In this document: positions 9,966 through 19,093 of the stretch, piece by piece
Position numbering within the stretch: the stretch's first letter is position 1
Layout of the letters: each line of letters starts with the position of its first letter
Assembly (NCBI GenBank): GCA_021163505.1
Contig: JAGGVE010000034.1
Span: 11,726 to 75,725 of the forward strand
Reading direction: 5' to 3'
DNA length: 64,000 nucleotides
Source of the DNA: Candidatus Iainarchaeum sp.
GTDB lineage: Archaea; Iainarchaeota; Iainarchaeia; Iainarchaeales; DTGL01
Made by a program: the position numbers and the translations under genes
Notes under the pieces: model-generated
What the model was told of the DNA's origin: nothing
Databases searched by the model: none
What the model saw: only the letters and a program-made list of their open reading frames with translations

Positions 9966-12381
9966 TTCTTTTGTTGGGTTTTGCTTTGGCACCTTTTGTC
10001 CTTACACTCGGGCGCTTCAAGGATTTTGTAAGCTTTTTTATTTTTTGTTCCTCTTCAGCAAGCTGTTTTTCCTCAGCGGTAAGTTCTTTTTGTATGCGTT
10101 CTAATCTTGCAACATACTCTCCTACTGCTTTTTTATAATCCTCCTCAAGAAGCTCGCCTGCCTGATACTGCTTTTTTATCTGATCGAGCATAAATTGAAG
10201 TTCTTTTAGCTGTGCCCTATGCCTATCTATTTCAAGAAGCTGCTTAGATTTATGCGAAAGCTCCTCCTTTAGCAGTTTCAGTTGTTCCTCGTAAATTTGC
10301 TTTGTAGCAACATAAGATTCGTGGGTTATTAAATTGCGCGCAAGCTTTCTATCCAAATCGTGCAATGCTTTTTCCAAGGTTGCGATTTTTGCTTTTATCT
10401 GTTCTTTTTCGGTAAGTGGCGCTTTGCTTTCTCTTGTATGGAAGAATATTATAAGAATCGCTACAACAAAAGAGGCAAGGATAAGAACAGCTATAGCAAT
10501 GCCTGCTGTAACAGCAAGCTTATTCAATGACTCTGATTCGGGTTGCGGTTTTTCTGGGCTTATTTCAGGGAGTGACTCAGTAAAGGGTGTGTGCTCTGTT
10601 TTTTTAAACGCCTCTTTTGCATAATTTGCAGCATTTAAAATCTCATCTGCAAACAATGCTAAGTTTAAGCCAGCCTTTGCATTCTCTATTGCTCTGCCCA
10701 ACGCATTCTGTTCTTTGAGGTGCTTTGCTAATTTGAGGAAATATTCTGCATGCGCAATATAGAGTTCTGCCCAGACCGCTTCTTCGTTTCTGCGAAGCTT
10801 GTTTTTAACGCTTGCGATTTTTGTTTCCAATGATGCTATCAGTTCTGAAAGGCTCTTGCCCTTCATATTATTGTAGGAGCTGCATAAACCATAGGCGCTT
10901 GCAGCATCAAAGAGTGCAGCATCGCACCAGCCTTTTTTAAGCTCAAGCTTTGCAGCATCCAAGCGCCTCTTGATGTCCTCATCTTCTTCATATAAAAGGG
11001 CAACGCAGTTTTCTGCCTTTATTATATATTCCTTAGCTTTATCCTCTAAAAGAGGTTCTGCTTCAAATTTATCATTAGCATTTTTAGCAATATTGTAGAA
11101 ATCGCTTGCAATTTCGTACCAGCCTAAAGCGAACTCATAATCTTGGAGGTTCTTTAAAGGCACAGAAATATCTTCAACTATGCCACTGTCGCCGATTATT
11201 ATTGTTTTTGTGCTACTTATCTTCTTCAGGTTGAGCTCAGCCCAAGCAAGCCTCTCTTTTGCTGCGACAAGCCACTCAAAGCGTTCAAGCGTGTAGAACT
11301 TACTTAAATGTTCCGCGAGCTCGTCAACTCTGCTTTGCAGCTGCGATGTCCAAGAGTCTAGCAGCATAGATTCACTTTTTAAGAGAGAGGGATTATTTGC
11401 CAAATCTTTAACCACGCGAGCATTAACTATAGATACAAAAGCATAGTTTGCCGCAGAATAGAGATAGTTTCCCTCATAAAGAAGCTTAGCCTTTTCAACA
11501 TTCTTTTGCGAATTCGTCAGAGAATCTAAAAGAGCCGATACCACGCGAGAGTCTAAAAGCTTGCTATCATTAAGTGCATCTCTTGCGGCCTTTATTTCTT
11601 TTTCAGCTCGGTTTATGTAGCGAGCTGTTAGCTCCTTCATTGGCTTTAAGTTCTTTTTGAGAGGTATCGCTTCCGGAGCAAACGGTTCCTGCTCTTTAAC
11701 CTGTGTATTAATATCAATCTTATTGAGGTCTATGAAAGCGTACTCCAAAACCTCATCAATATTTGCAACTTCCACAACCTTCATTCCCCAATTTTTTGGG
11801 GCATATTCTACAAGATTCACTGTTTTTATTCCATCAGGAAATCTATGCGTCTGGTAAGCATCACCTTTTGGAATCATGAAAAGCTTTATTCTGCTTTCTG
11901 CTGCTCTCTCAGCTTTTGCAAAGACGCCGCCCACTGAACCAACTGAGCCGTCTTCGCTTATTTGCCCGGTTATTGCAACATAGTTTGGTAAATGCTTATT
12001 TTGGAGCATAGTAATTAGGAGCAATGCCATTGCAGCACCAGCACTTGGCCCTTCTACTACGCTTGCGTTTGAATTTATATCAAATAGATAATCGTATTTG
12101 TTAACATCTTTAAAATAGTTCTTCGCAAGCTCAACAGCAATTTTTTCAGTGTGCTGAGTTGAGGTACCTACAAGTGGTCCCACAGAGCTCCATATCTTTC
12201 CGCTACCGGGAACAATTGTGATTGTAAGCTGCGCCTCTATTGCCCTATCTTCCGACTCAGTAACCGCAAAGATGGGAATTGAAGCCTTTTCGATTATTGC
12301 AAAGCATTCTGTCAAAAGAAGGAAAAATGCAAGAATAAACAAAAATCTTTTAGCATGCATTATAAGACCTCCTGACAACAA
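9937..12381 (-). CDS. membrane-anchored Lon-like (S16) protease-domain protein with extracytoplasmic protease domain and cytoplasmic coiled-coil/basic tail
   Basis: Signal-peptide-like N-terminus. Lon proteolytic-domain motifs 'VEGPSAGAAMALLLITML' (catalytic Ser) and 'VGGVFAKAERAAESRIKLFMIPKGD' (catalytic Lys) are present. No AAA+ module. One TM helix near aa 615-640 (LAVTAGIAIAVLILASFVVAILIIFF), then a coiled coil and a K/R-rich C-terminus. Confidence 0.6.
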   Translation of the reverse strand: MLSGGLIMHAKRFLFILAFFLLLTECFAIIEKASIPIFAVTESEDRAIEAQLTITIVPGSGKIWSSVGPLVGTSTQHTEKIAVELAKNYFKDVNKYDYLFDINSNASVVEGPSAGAAMALLLITMLQNKHLPNYVAITGQISEDGSVGSVGGVFAKAERAAESRIKLFMIPKGDAYQTHRFPDGIKTVNLVEYAPKNWGMKVVEVANIDEVLEYAFIDLNKIDINTQVKEQEPFAPEAIPLKKNLKPMKELTARYINRAEKEIKAARDALNDSKLLDSRVVSALLDSLTNSQKNVEKAKLLYEGNYLYSAANYAFVSIVNARVVKDLANNPSLLKSESMLLDSWTSQLQSRVDELAEHLSKFYTLERFEWLVAAKERLAWAELNLKKISSTKTIIIGDSGIVEDISVPLKNLQDYEFALGWYEIASDFYNIAKNANDKFEAEPLLEDKAKEYIIKAENCVALLYEEDEDIKRRLDAAKLELKKGWCDAALFDAASAYGLCSSYNNMKGKSLSELIASLETKIASVKNKLRRNEEAVWAELYIAHAEYFLKLAKHLKEQNALGRAIENAKAGLNLALFADEILNAANYAKEAFKKTEHTPFTESLPEISPEKPQPESESLNKLAVTAGIAIAVLILASFVVAILIIFFHTRESKAPLTEKEQIKAKIATLEKALHDLDRKLARNLITHESYVATKQIYEEQLKLLKEELSHKSKQLLEIDRHRAQLKELQFMLDQIKKQYQAGELLEEDYKKAVGEYVARLERIQKELTAEEKQLAEEEQKIKKLTKSLKRPSVRTKGAKAKPNKRTKRSPRASA

Positions 12382-12447
12382 GTTAGGAAAGCAATAAAAA
12401 AATAATGCAAAAGTGTTTTAAATAATTTTTACTTCAATTAGCATGCT

Positions 12448-13662
12448 ATGGGCTCGCTTAATGTGGCCAAAATCAGAAGGGACTTTCCAGTACTGAAGGA
12501 AAAGGAAATTATCTATTTGGACAACGCTTGCATGACCCTCAGGCCAAAACAGGTGATAGATGCAATAAAATGGTATTATGAAAACAATTGTGCTTGCTCA
12601 GGTAGGTCATTGCATAAGCTTAGCGAAGAGCTTAATGAAAATATTGCACTTGCAAGAGAAACCATAAAAAAATTCTTTAATGCTCATGATTACGAGCTTA
12701 TTTTTACAAAGAACACAACCGAGGCAATAAATACTGTAGCCTTTGGTATGAAATTCAAAAGAGGTGCAAAGGTTATAACAAGCGATCGCGAGCACAATTC
12801 CAATTTAGTTCCATGGCTTGTATTACGAAGAGCAGGGGTAAAGCACTTTGCAGTTCCAAGTGCCGAGAATTTTGAATTCAACCTTGAATCACTACACAAA
12901 ATGTTGGATAAAAAGGTTAAGCTTGTCTCAGTTGTGCATATAAGCAATATCGATGGCTATAGGTTACCCATTGAGGAAATAATAAAGCTTTCTCACGATT
13001 TTGGTGCAAAAGTGCTTGTTGACGGTGCACAGAGCGCGGGCCATATAAAAGTTGACTTAAAAAAGCTTGACCCTGATTTTTTCACGATAAGTGCTCACAA
13101 AGCTTGCGGACCGATAATTGGTTGCCTATTTGTGAAAAAGGAGCTTGTTGATAAACTTAAACCGTTAATATATGGCGGAGGTACAGTAAGCAACACTACG
13201 CTAAATTCCTTCAAGCTTATTAATGATTATAGGAAATTTGAAGCAGGTCTGCAAGATTATGCAGGCATAATTGGTTTTGGAGAAGCATGCAATTATCTCA
13301 AAAAAGTAGGAATGAAAAATATAGAAAAACACGAAAAGGTACTAACTGCAAAGCTCATGAAAGCGTTTGCAAATATAGATAACGTTAAACTTGTTGGAAT
13401 GCATAATCCAAAAAAATGTTCTGGAATAGTCAGCTTTAACATTGAGGGGCTAACCTCGCATGACGTCGCGCTTATGCTTGATGAAGCGCGCAACATAGCT
13501 GTACGTTCTGGCAAACATTGTGCACATGCTTGGTTTAATAAAAACAGATTGCCCGGCTGCGTGAGGGCCTCGTATTATTTGTACAACTCGCTAAGCGAAA
13601 TCAATGCGCTAATTGAAGAAGTAAGCAAAATTGCTGAAATAGCCGAAAATATAAAAAAATAA
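12448..13662 (+). CDS. class V aminotransferase / cysteine desulfurase (SufS/CsdA-like)
   Basis: 404 aa. PLP-lysine motif 'ISAHKACGP'. Overall fold-type I class V pattern. Confidence 0.7.
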   Translation: MGSLNVAKIRRDFPVLKEKEIIYLDNACMTLRPKQVIDAIKWYYENNCACSGRSLHKLSEELNENIALARETIKKFFNAHDYELIFTKNTTEAINTVAFGMKFKRGAKVITSDREHNSNLVPWLVLRRAGVKHFAVPSAENFEFNLESLHKMLDKKVKLVSVVHISNIDGYRLPIEEIIKLSHDFGAKVLVDGAQSAGHIKVDLKKLDPDFFTISAHKACGPIIGCLFVKKELVDKLKPLIYGGGTVSNTTLNSFKLINDYRKFEAGLQDYAGIIGFGEACNYLKKVGMKNIEKHEKVLTAKLMKAFANIDNVKLVGMHNPKKCSGIVSFNIEGLTSHDVALMLDEARNIAVRSGKHCAHAWFNKNRLPGCVRASYYLYNSLSEINALIEEVSKIAEIAENIKK

Positions 13663-13669
13663 AGAGGAT

Positions 13670-13987
13670 TTAGCCAAAGAGCGCACTGAGTCCGCTTGCT
13701 GCTTCTTCCTCTGTTTTCTGCTCTTCTTCCTCTTCCTTCTTCTCCTCCTCTGCAGCTTCTGCCTTGGTTTCAGCTGCTTTGGCTGCAGGTGCTACTTGCA
13801 CAGTTGCTGCCTTCTGAATAGCTTCTTCTATATTGACCTCCTTAAGAGATGCTATCAGCGCTTTAACCTTTGCAGCATCCACTTCAATGCCTGCTGCCTT
13901 CAACACATTAGTTACTGCTTCCTCTGTAATCTCCTTACCTGCTGCATGGAGAAGCAATGCAGAATATATATACTCCACCTTTTTCAC
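13670..13987 (-). CDS. rpl12: 50S ribosomal stalk protein P1 (L12e)
   Basis: 105 aa '[20 protein letters not shown]...' with an Ala/Glu-rich hinge and the conserved C-terminal 'GLSALFG'. Confidence 0.85.
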   Translation of the reverse strand: MKKVEYIYSALLLHAAGKEITEEAVTNVLKAAGIEVDAAKVKALIASLKEVNIEEAIQKAATVQVAPAAKAAETKAEAAEEEKKEEEEEQKTEEEAASGLSALFG

Positions 13988-14005
13988 CTCTCAATATTTT
14001 TATAA

Positions 14006-15124
14006 TCATTCCTTTTGTTCTTCAGATTCCGATTGGGTTTTCTGCTCCTGTTCATGGTGCTCTTCCTTGCTCTCCTGAGCTTGCTGTTCCTCTCGCGTTG
14101 CTTGCGCCTGCTCATCTTTAGTATTGTCTGCACTCTCGCTTTTTTGTTCCTCTTCAGCCTGCTGTTCAGTTTCTTTGCTAACTGTCTGCTCAGCGGCTTT
14201 TTCATCAGCTTGTTGCTCAGCTGCTTTACTTTGCGCTTTTTGTTCGCTATCTGCTTTCTGAGTATCCAATTTAATAACAGAGCTCAAAGTCTTTGCGCTA
14301 CTGTAAGCTTTAGCTATGAACTCAGGCAGAGTAACCGAATTGATAAACTCTGCTTCTGTTGCAACTTGCTTGGCTTCCCTAAACGCTTTCTGCAACAGAA
14401 GCTCTATATTCTCTGGTGTTATATAAACTATGTTGAATGCAAGATTGAATGCCTTACGGTAGCATGCTATAATATCGTTCTCGAACTTCTCTGTATCAAT
14501 ATCCAATACGCTCGCATCATAAATTGTTGTGCCATCTGAAGCCATAAGCACCTTGAGTATGAGTTCTGCTGGCTTTATATCAAGCTTTGAAAGCGCGCTT
14601 GCCACCTCTTGGCTAACCACCTCGCCTTTATGTACAACTACAGTATCTTTAGGCACTTGAATACTGCTGCCTTTCATTATCGCTGGAATGCCCGCTGCTT
14701 TTAATATGCTCAAATCAGGGCCTGGCGGCAAACCTGTGTCGCCAGCAGGAACAATAATGTCTTGCTCAGCAATTGTGCCTGCTCTTATATATGTGTTCGC
14801 TTTGTTCTTTTTGATTGTTAAGTATAACTCAAAGGGATCGATATTGGCTGTAATTAAAGCGATTGGGCCTTTAAAATAATTTGAAAGATCCAAGTTGCGA
14901 TATTTTGATTCAGCCAGCGCTCTTGCAATTATTCTGGTTTTTGAAACCCTTATTTTTGCCTTACCTGCAAGCTTTTTCTTTAATTCCTGCAAGAGCGAAG
15001 CTGGGAAGCGCTCTATACTTGCTAAAGCAATAACCTTGCTTTCATCAAGCATCTTCTTCATTTCTTCAATCTGCTTTTCCTTCCATTTTCTAGTGTGTGA
15101 GGTCATTTGCTTCCACCTAAACAA
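14006..15124 (-). CDS. rpl10: 50S ribosomal stalk protein P0 (L10) with long Q/E-rich C-terminal extension
   Basis: Sits between L1 and P1 as in all archaea. N-terminal L10 core present. The C-terminal about 90 aa are a Q/E/K-rich low-complexity stretch ending '...SESEEQKE', with no 'GL[SG]ALFG'-type tail. Confidence 0.8.
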   Translation of the reverse strand: MFRWKQMTSHTRKWKEKQIEEMKKMLDESKVIALASIERFPASLLQELKKKLAGKAKIRVSKTRIIARALAESKYRNLDLSNYFKGPIALITANIDPFELYLTIKKNKANTYIRAGTIAEQDIIVPAGDTGLPPGPDLSILKAAGIPAIMKGSSIQVPKDTVVVHKGEVVSQEVASALSKLDIKPAELILKVLMASDGTTIYDASVLDIDTEKFENDIIACYRKAFNLAFNIVYITPENIELLLQKAFREAKQVATEAEFINSVTLPEFIAKAYSSAKTLSSVIKLDTQKADSEQKAQSKAAEQQADEKAAEQTVSKETEQQAEEEQKSESADNTKDEQAQATREEQQAQESKEEHHEQEQKTQSESEEQKE

Positions 15125-15764
15125 TCTTTACAGCTGGGCTCATTGTTTTCTTAACATACACTGATTTTATATTTTGCATCTGCCTTGGCAACGCGCGCAC
15201 TACTTCATCATACACCTCTAAGATGTTTTCCGCTATCTGCTCAGCTTGCATATTCTCATTACCTACAACTACCTGCACAAAAGGTAAGCCCTTGCCTTTT
15301 CTGTTTGTTATACGCATTGTGGATTTCATGCTAGCGAGTATGCGTTCTACTTCTTCTTTGTTAGGATTTACTGGTTTTGGCATCTTGCCTCTTGGCGCAA
15401 GAGCTTGACCAAGATATTTACCAACAGTTAGCATAACAGGCCCCTCAGCCAAAATAACATCATAGTCAAGAATCTCCTGAACCTCTTTTTTAGAAAGCTT
15501 TGGAATTTTTTCCTCTGGGATTATTTTATCAAAAAGGTCTTTCACTTTTTCAGCAAATGCAACGGTTTTTGCAAAAAGCAATGCTTTCGCTTGCTCATGT
15601 CCAGTAGCATGAGGCATATTCACCTTCACATCTATTAAATTTTCCTGCTTCCTGACATCTAGGTCGCGGAAATTTATAATTAGCTCTATTGTCTGTGTAA
15701 AGTTCCTTTTCTTGGATTTCTCATCAAGCGTTTTGAGCGCGTTTAAAACATCTTCTTTGCGCAT
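15117..15764 (-). CDS. rpl1: 50S ribosomal protein L1
   Basis: 215 aa. Conserved position in the L11-L1-P0-P1 cluster. L1 family sequence pattern. Confidence 0.9.
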   Translation of the reverse strand: MRKEDVLNALKTLDEKSKKRNFTQTIELIINFRDLDVRKQENLIDVKVNMPHATGHEQAKALLFAKTVAFAEKVKDLFDKIIPEEKIPKLSKKEVQEILDYDVILAEGPVMLTVGKYLGQALAPRGKMPKPVNPNKEEVERILASMKSTMRITNRKGKGLPFVQVVVGNENMQAEQIAENILEVYDEVVRALPRQMQNIKSVYVKKTMSPAVKIV

Positions 15765-16012
15765 ACAAGGACCTCCTGCATGAAGCAGTACTAACGGCCT
15801 ATAAAAAGCCGATTATATTTTTTGTGCAATGAAACATTTTAAATACTTATAGGAACCTCAGCGGGTCCTTATCATCCCCTGCAACCGTTTACTGCCCATA
15901 AAAACTTCAATAATCGCAAGCGGTTCTTATATCCAGCAATAAGGGCGCAGCGTTGCTCTTATCAACCCTTCCGAACCATTATAAAGATATGGGTTCTATG
16001 GTCCTGTAACCA

Positions 16013-16528
16013 CTATTGCCCTTGCTTGGTTTCGCTTTGGAGTGCGCTTTTTATGAGTTCATCGTATTTACCTGAATCTATCGCTTTCATAATCTTTGCG
16101 GCGCGCTTTCCCTCAATATAAACACCCATAGAATTGCATGTGCCAAGCACCTGCTTTGTTGCACTCTTTAATTCTTCAAAAGTATCGCTGGCAAATTTCT
16201 TCTTTGCTATTGAAATCGCTTGCTCCATTGTAAGCTCCGCAACCCTTTCTGTTTTTGGGTTGTTAGCACCTTTTGGGATATTTAATTCTTTCTTTATAAG
16301 TGCACTAACTGGCGGTGAGCCGACCTCGATCTTAAAGGTTTTAGTTGCAGCATCAACAATAACCTTCACAGGTACTTTCATGCCCGCAAACTGCTTCGTT
16401 TTTTCATTTATTTGTGCTACGACTTCGGCAATATTCACACCCAAAGGACCCAAAGCAGGCCCTAAAGGCGCTGCAGCAGTAGCTTTGCCACCTTCAACAA
16501 GAACATTTATCGTTGCCATTTTATGCAC
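16013..16528 (-). CDS. rpl11: 50S ribosomal protein L11
   Basis: 'GKATAAAPLGPALGPLGVNIAEVV' L11 N-domain motif. 171 aa. Confidence 0.9.
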   Translation of the reverse strand: MHKMATINVLVEGGKATAAAPLGPALGPLGVNIAEVVAQINEKTKQFAGMKVPVKVIVDAATKTFKIEVGSPPVSALIKKELNIPKGANNPKTERVAELTMEQAISIAKKKFASDTFEELKSATKQVLGTCNSMGVYIEGKRAAKIMKAIDSGKYDELIKSALQSETKQGQ

Positions 16529-16532
16529 CTCT

Positions 16533-16970
16533 TTATTTAATAAGTCTAATGTTTTCCGCCTTTATAGTTACAGGGATCTTAACAGCAGCATCTACAAGTT
16601 CAACTGTTACTTCCTCTTTAGCTGCATTAACACGAAGCACTCTGCCAATCTCGCCTTTAAAAGGGCCTGAAACTATCTTTACCTTTTCGCCCTCTTTTAT
16701 AGCCTCCATAAGAGGATGCGCTTCCAAAAGTGAAGAAAGTTCTTCAATCTTTATTTCGCCTCCAACTATGCCGCGAGCTTTTATATGTGGCACATCAATT
16801 ATCGCTCTTTTTATTGCTTCTTCTGATTCGCCTTCAACAAGTATATAACCCTTAAAATCCGGCACAACGAGTATCGCATATATGCCTGGATTTTCAGCCT
16901 GCAGTTTCATCTTTAGCATATCTGCCACTAAGCTTTCTTGCCCTGCAGTGGTTCTAACAGTGAAAATCAT
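16533..16970 (-). CDS. spt5: transcription elongation factor Spt5 (NusG homologue)
   Basis: 145 aa with NGN domain plus KOW motif (GEKVKIVSGPFKGEIGRV). Conserved position upstream of L11. Confidence 0.85.
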   Translation of the reverse strand: MIFTVRTTAGQESLVADMLKMKLQAENPGIYAILVVPDFKGYILVEGESEEAIKRAIIDVPHIKARGIVGGEIKIEELSSLLEAHPLMEAIKEGEKVKIVSGPFKGEIGRVLRVNAAKEEVTVELVDAAVKIPVTIKAENIRLIK

Positions 16971-17062
16971 ATAACCACCTAAAGTAACATATGAAAAAGA
17001 ACGAAACTTTATAAAAAATTGAAAATAAAGGGTTAAAAGGCTTTGCTTTACAGCTAACAGCT

Positions 17063-17248
17063 TTAGGATAACACACCTAAACCAAATACTGTGAATATTA
17101 GCTTGACTAAAAAGCCAAGCAAGCCAATTATTACAATGCCAAGCAGGGTAATCTTTAGCATGAGCTTGTATTCATCCCAGTTTGGTTTCTTTGCTACAGT
17201 CAAAACCCTTCGCGTAGATTCAATAAATTCCGAAAAACTCATTGCCAC
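17063..17248 (-). CDS. secE: protein translocase subunit SecE/Sec61-gamma
   Basis: 61 aa with a single C-terminal TM helix. Conserved position between ftsZ and spt5. Confidence 0.7.
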   Translation of the reverse strand: MAMSFSEFIESTRRVLTVAKKPNWDEYKLMLKITLLGIVIIGLLGFLVKLIFTVFGLGVLS

Positions 17249-18375
17249 TACCCCGTAAACTCAATACCAAGGTCAAGCATTCCTTTTTCCTTATGCATCT
17301 TTTCAAAGTCATCCAAATATGGGAATCTGCCTCCTGCAACAACCACCATCGCCTGAATTCTATTCTTTGCCATCTCTTTGTCAACCATTGCACCCCAGAT
17401 AATATGCGCCTCTGGGTCTATCCTTGAGCTAACGGTTTCAACAACCATCTCTGCCTCTCTTAAAGTCATATCTGCGCCGCCAATTACATTAACCAAAGCG
17501 CGCTTGGACTGGCTTATATCCACATCCAATAGAGGCGAGTTTAAAGCGTTCTCGACAGCTTCCAGAGCACGAGCGTCGCTTGCATCTTCGCTCTGTGACT
17601 CACCTAAGCCAATCATTGCTGCGCCACCGCGCTTTAGTATTGTCCTTAAGTCTGCAAAGTCAAGGTTAATAAGACCTGGCTTTGTAACCATTTCAGTTAT
17701 GCCTTTTACAGCATTTGTAAGCACTTCATCGGCAACCTTAAAGGCAGCATTCACTGGTAGATCTGGAGCTATCTCAAGTATCTTGTCGTTCGGAATTACA
17801 ATAATAGTATCAGCATACTCCCTCAGCCTTGCAAGTCCTTCCAGAGCGTTTTCAGCCCTTCTACGGCCCTCAACAGTAAAGGGTAACGTTACCACTGCAA
17901 CAGTTAGAGCGCCAAGCTCTTTTCCAATTTCTGCCACAACCGGGCTTGCGCCTGTGCCTGTGCCACCGCCCAAGCCACAGGTAATAAATATAAGGTCAGA
18001 ACCACCCAACAACTCAGTAAGCTCATCTACGCTTTCGCGAGCAGAGGCTTCTCCTATCTGTGGATCAGAACCTGAACCTAAACCACGAGTGGTTTCTCTA
18101 CCAATAAGAATGCGCTTATCAGCGCTTGTGTTAAGCAAGTCTTGAGCATCTGTATTGACCGCATAAGTTTCAGCACCAACTATGCCAACCTCATGCATAC
18201 GCTCAATAGTATTACAGCCACCGCCACCGATTCCAACAACTCTAATGCGAGCCTTTGCTTTTTCAAGGATTTTTGTAAGTTCTTCATCGCTGGGCTGCTT
18301 TTTGCCTTTCGCCTTCTTTTTAGTACTATCCACCATCTGAGCTCTTTTTATTGCCTTCCGAACGATTGACTCCAT
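17248..18375 (-). CDS. ftsZ: cell division GTPase FtsZ
   Basis: Tubulin signature 'GGGTGTG'. 375 aa. Conserved archaeal ftsZ-secE-spt5-rpl11 arrangement. Confidence 0.9.
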   Translation of the reverse strand: MESIVRKAIKRAQMVDSTKKKAKGKKQPSDEELTKILEKAKARIRVVGIGGGGCNTIERMHEVGIVGAETYAVNTDAQDLLNTSADKRILIGRETTRGLGSGSDPQIGEASARESVDELTELLGGSDLIFITCGLGGGTGTGASPVVAEIGKELGALTVAVVTLPFTVEGRRRAENALEGLARLREYADTIIVIPNDKILEIAPDLPVNAAFKVADEVLTNAVKGITEMVTKPGLINLDFADLRTILKRGGAAMIGLGESQSEDASDARALEAVENALNSPLLDVDISQSKRALVNVIGGADMTLREAEMVVETVSSRIDPEAHIIWGAMVDKEMAKNRIQAMVVVAGGRFPYLDDFEKMHKEKGMLDLGIEFTG

Positions 18376-18493
18376 TAAAATCCCCCTTTTCAGTTAAAAA
18401 ATTACCCCATAAAATCTTTTTCTCTAAAATGGTTTAAAACCTTATTGTTTATCCTCCCGCAAGCAAAAGGCCTGCTATAATTAAATTTGCAGG

Positions 18494-18521
18494 AAAAAGG
18501 ATTTAAAAAGGATGTTGGAAT
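18494..18521. repeat. 28-nt direct repeat copy A (aaaaggatttaaaaaggatgttggaata)
   Basis: Matches 19016-19043 in 27 of 28 positions. Together the two copies bracket the relE-like/antitoxin cassette. Contains a TTTAAAAA TATA-like core. Confidence 0.6.
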
Positions 18522-18529
18522 AATTGCAA

Positions 18530-18793
18530 GTTACAGTTTATAAGTTTCCTCGCTTCGCTTTTCAATCTTTATCACGATAATTTCTTTTTCACCCTTATCA
18601 ACCATATAAAGAACTCGAAAATTACCAATACGCTTGCGCCTTATATTCCTATAACCTTCAACCTTTATTGTGCCTCTATGCCAGGGATCCTTTCTGATTT
18701 CTTCGCATGCAATTTTTATTCTTTTTTGATACTTTTTGGCAACTTTTTTATCTGCTTCGCGGATTTTGAGGAGAAAAGCAGAACAAAGCTCAT
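18530..18793 (-). pseudogene. RelE/ParE-family toxin gene disrupted by a -1 frameshift in an A6 run
   Basis: The frame from the ATG (overlapping the antitoxin stop as ATGA) gives 'MSFVLLFSSKSAKQIKKLPKSIKK' then a stop. The following frame encodes 'RIKIACEEIRKDPWHRGTIKVEGYRNIRRKRIGNFRVLYMVDKGEKEIIVIKIEKRSEETYKL*'. Joined, these make a full RelE-like 87-aa protein. A7 instead of A6 (plus-strand T-run at 18721-18726) would restore the frame. No ORF of 60 aa or more is present here in the track. Confidence 0.6.
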
Positions 18794-18987
18794 TTAAATA
18801 CCTCTTCGAATCTGAGAAGCTTTCCCTCTGACTTTTCCTTTAAAGAATTAAGTATGTCTTCCACATCTTCTTCCGTAAGGACATTATCTCTATTAACTAT
18901 TCTAACCTTTATAACATCTCCCTCTATCTTTGGTCTGCCAATGAGTTTCAGGCAACCTTTCTTGTATATTGTTTCGTATATTGCCAT
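18790..18987 (-). CDS. DUF104-type (archaeal VapB-like) antitoxin
   Basis: 65 aa 'MAIYETIYKKGCLKLIGRPKIEGDVIKVRIV...' matches the small archaeal antitoxin pattern 'MxxIEAIYENGVLKPLxxxxLxEGxxVxIxI'. Its stop overlaps the start of the relE-like pseudogene. Confidence 0.55.
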   Translation of the reverse strand: MAIYETIYKKGCLKLIGRPKIEGDVIKVRIVNRDNVLTEEDVEDILNSLKEKSEGKLLRFEEVFK

Positions 18988-19015
18988 CGCACCACCATTA
19001 TAAAATATAACCTCT

Positions 19016-19043
19016 AAAAGGATTAAAAAAGGATGTTGGAATA
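19016..19043. repeat. 28-nt direct repeat copy B (aaaaggattaaaaaaggatgttggaata)
   Basis: See copy A. Lies about 30 nt upstream (on the minus strand) of the antitoxin start, immediately after the stop of a 17-codon HicA-like remnant. Confidence 0.6.
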
Positions 19044-19093
19044 TCAGCTCTCCAAAAGCCTTTTAAATTCTTCAAGGGAAATGTGTGCCTGCC

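Noticed and set aside
13984-14205. 73-aa K/R-rich ORF antisense to the P0 C-terminal extension
   Set aside because: It is the mirror image of the Q/E-rich codons of P0, so a low-complexity artefact.
18494-19043. CRISPR array
   Set aside because: Only two copies of the 28-mer, about 490 bp apart with protein-coding content between. No other short regularly spaced repeats were seen anywhere in the window.
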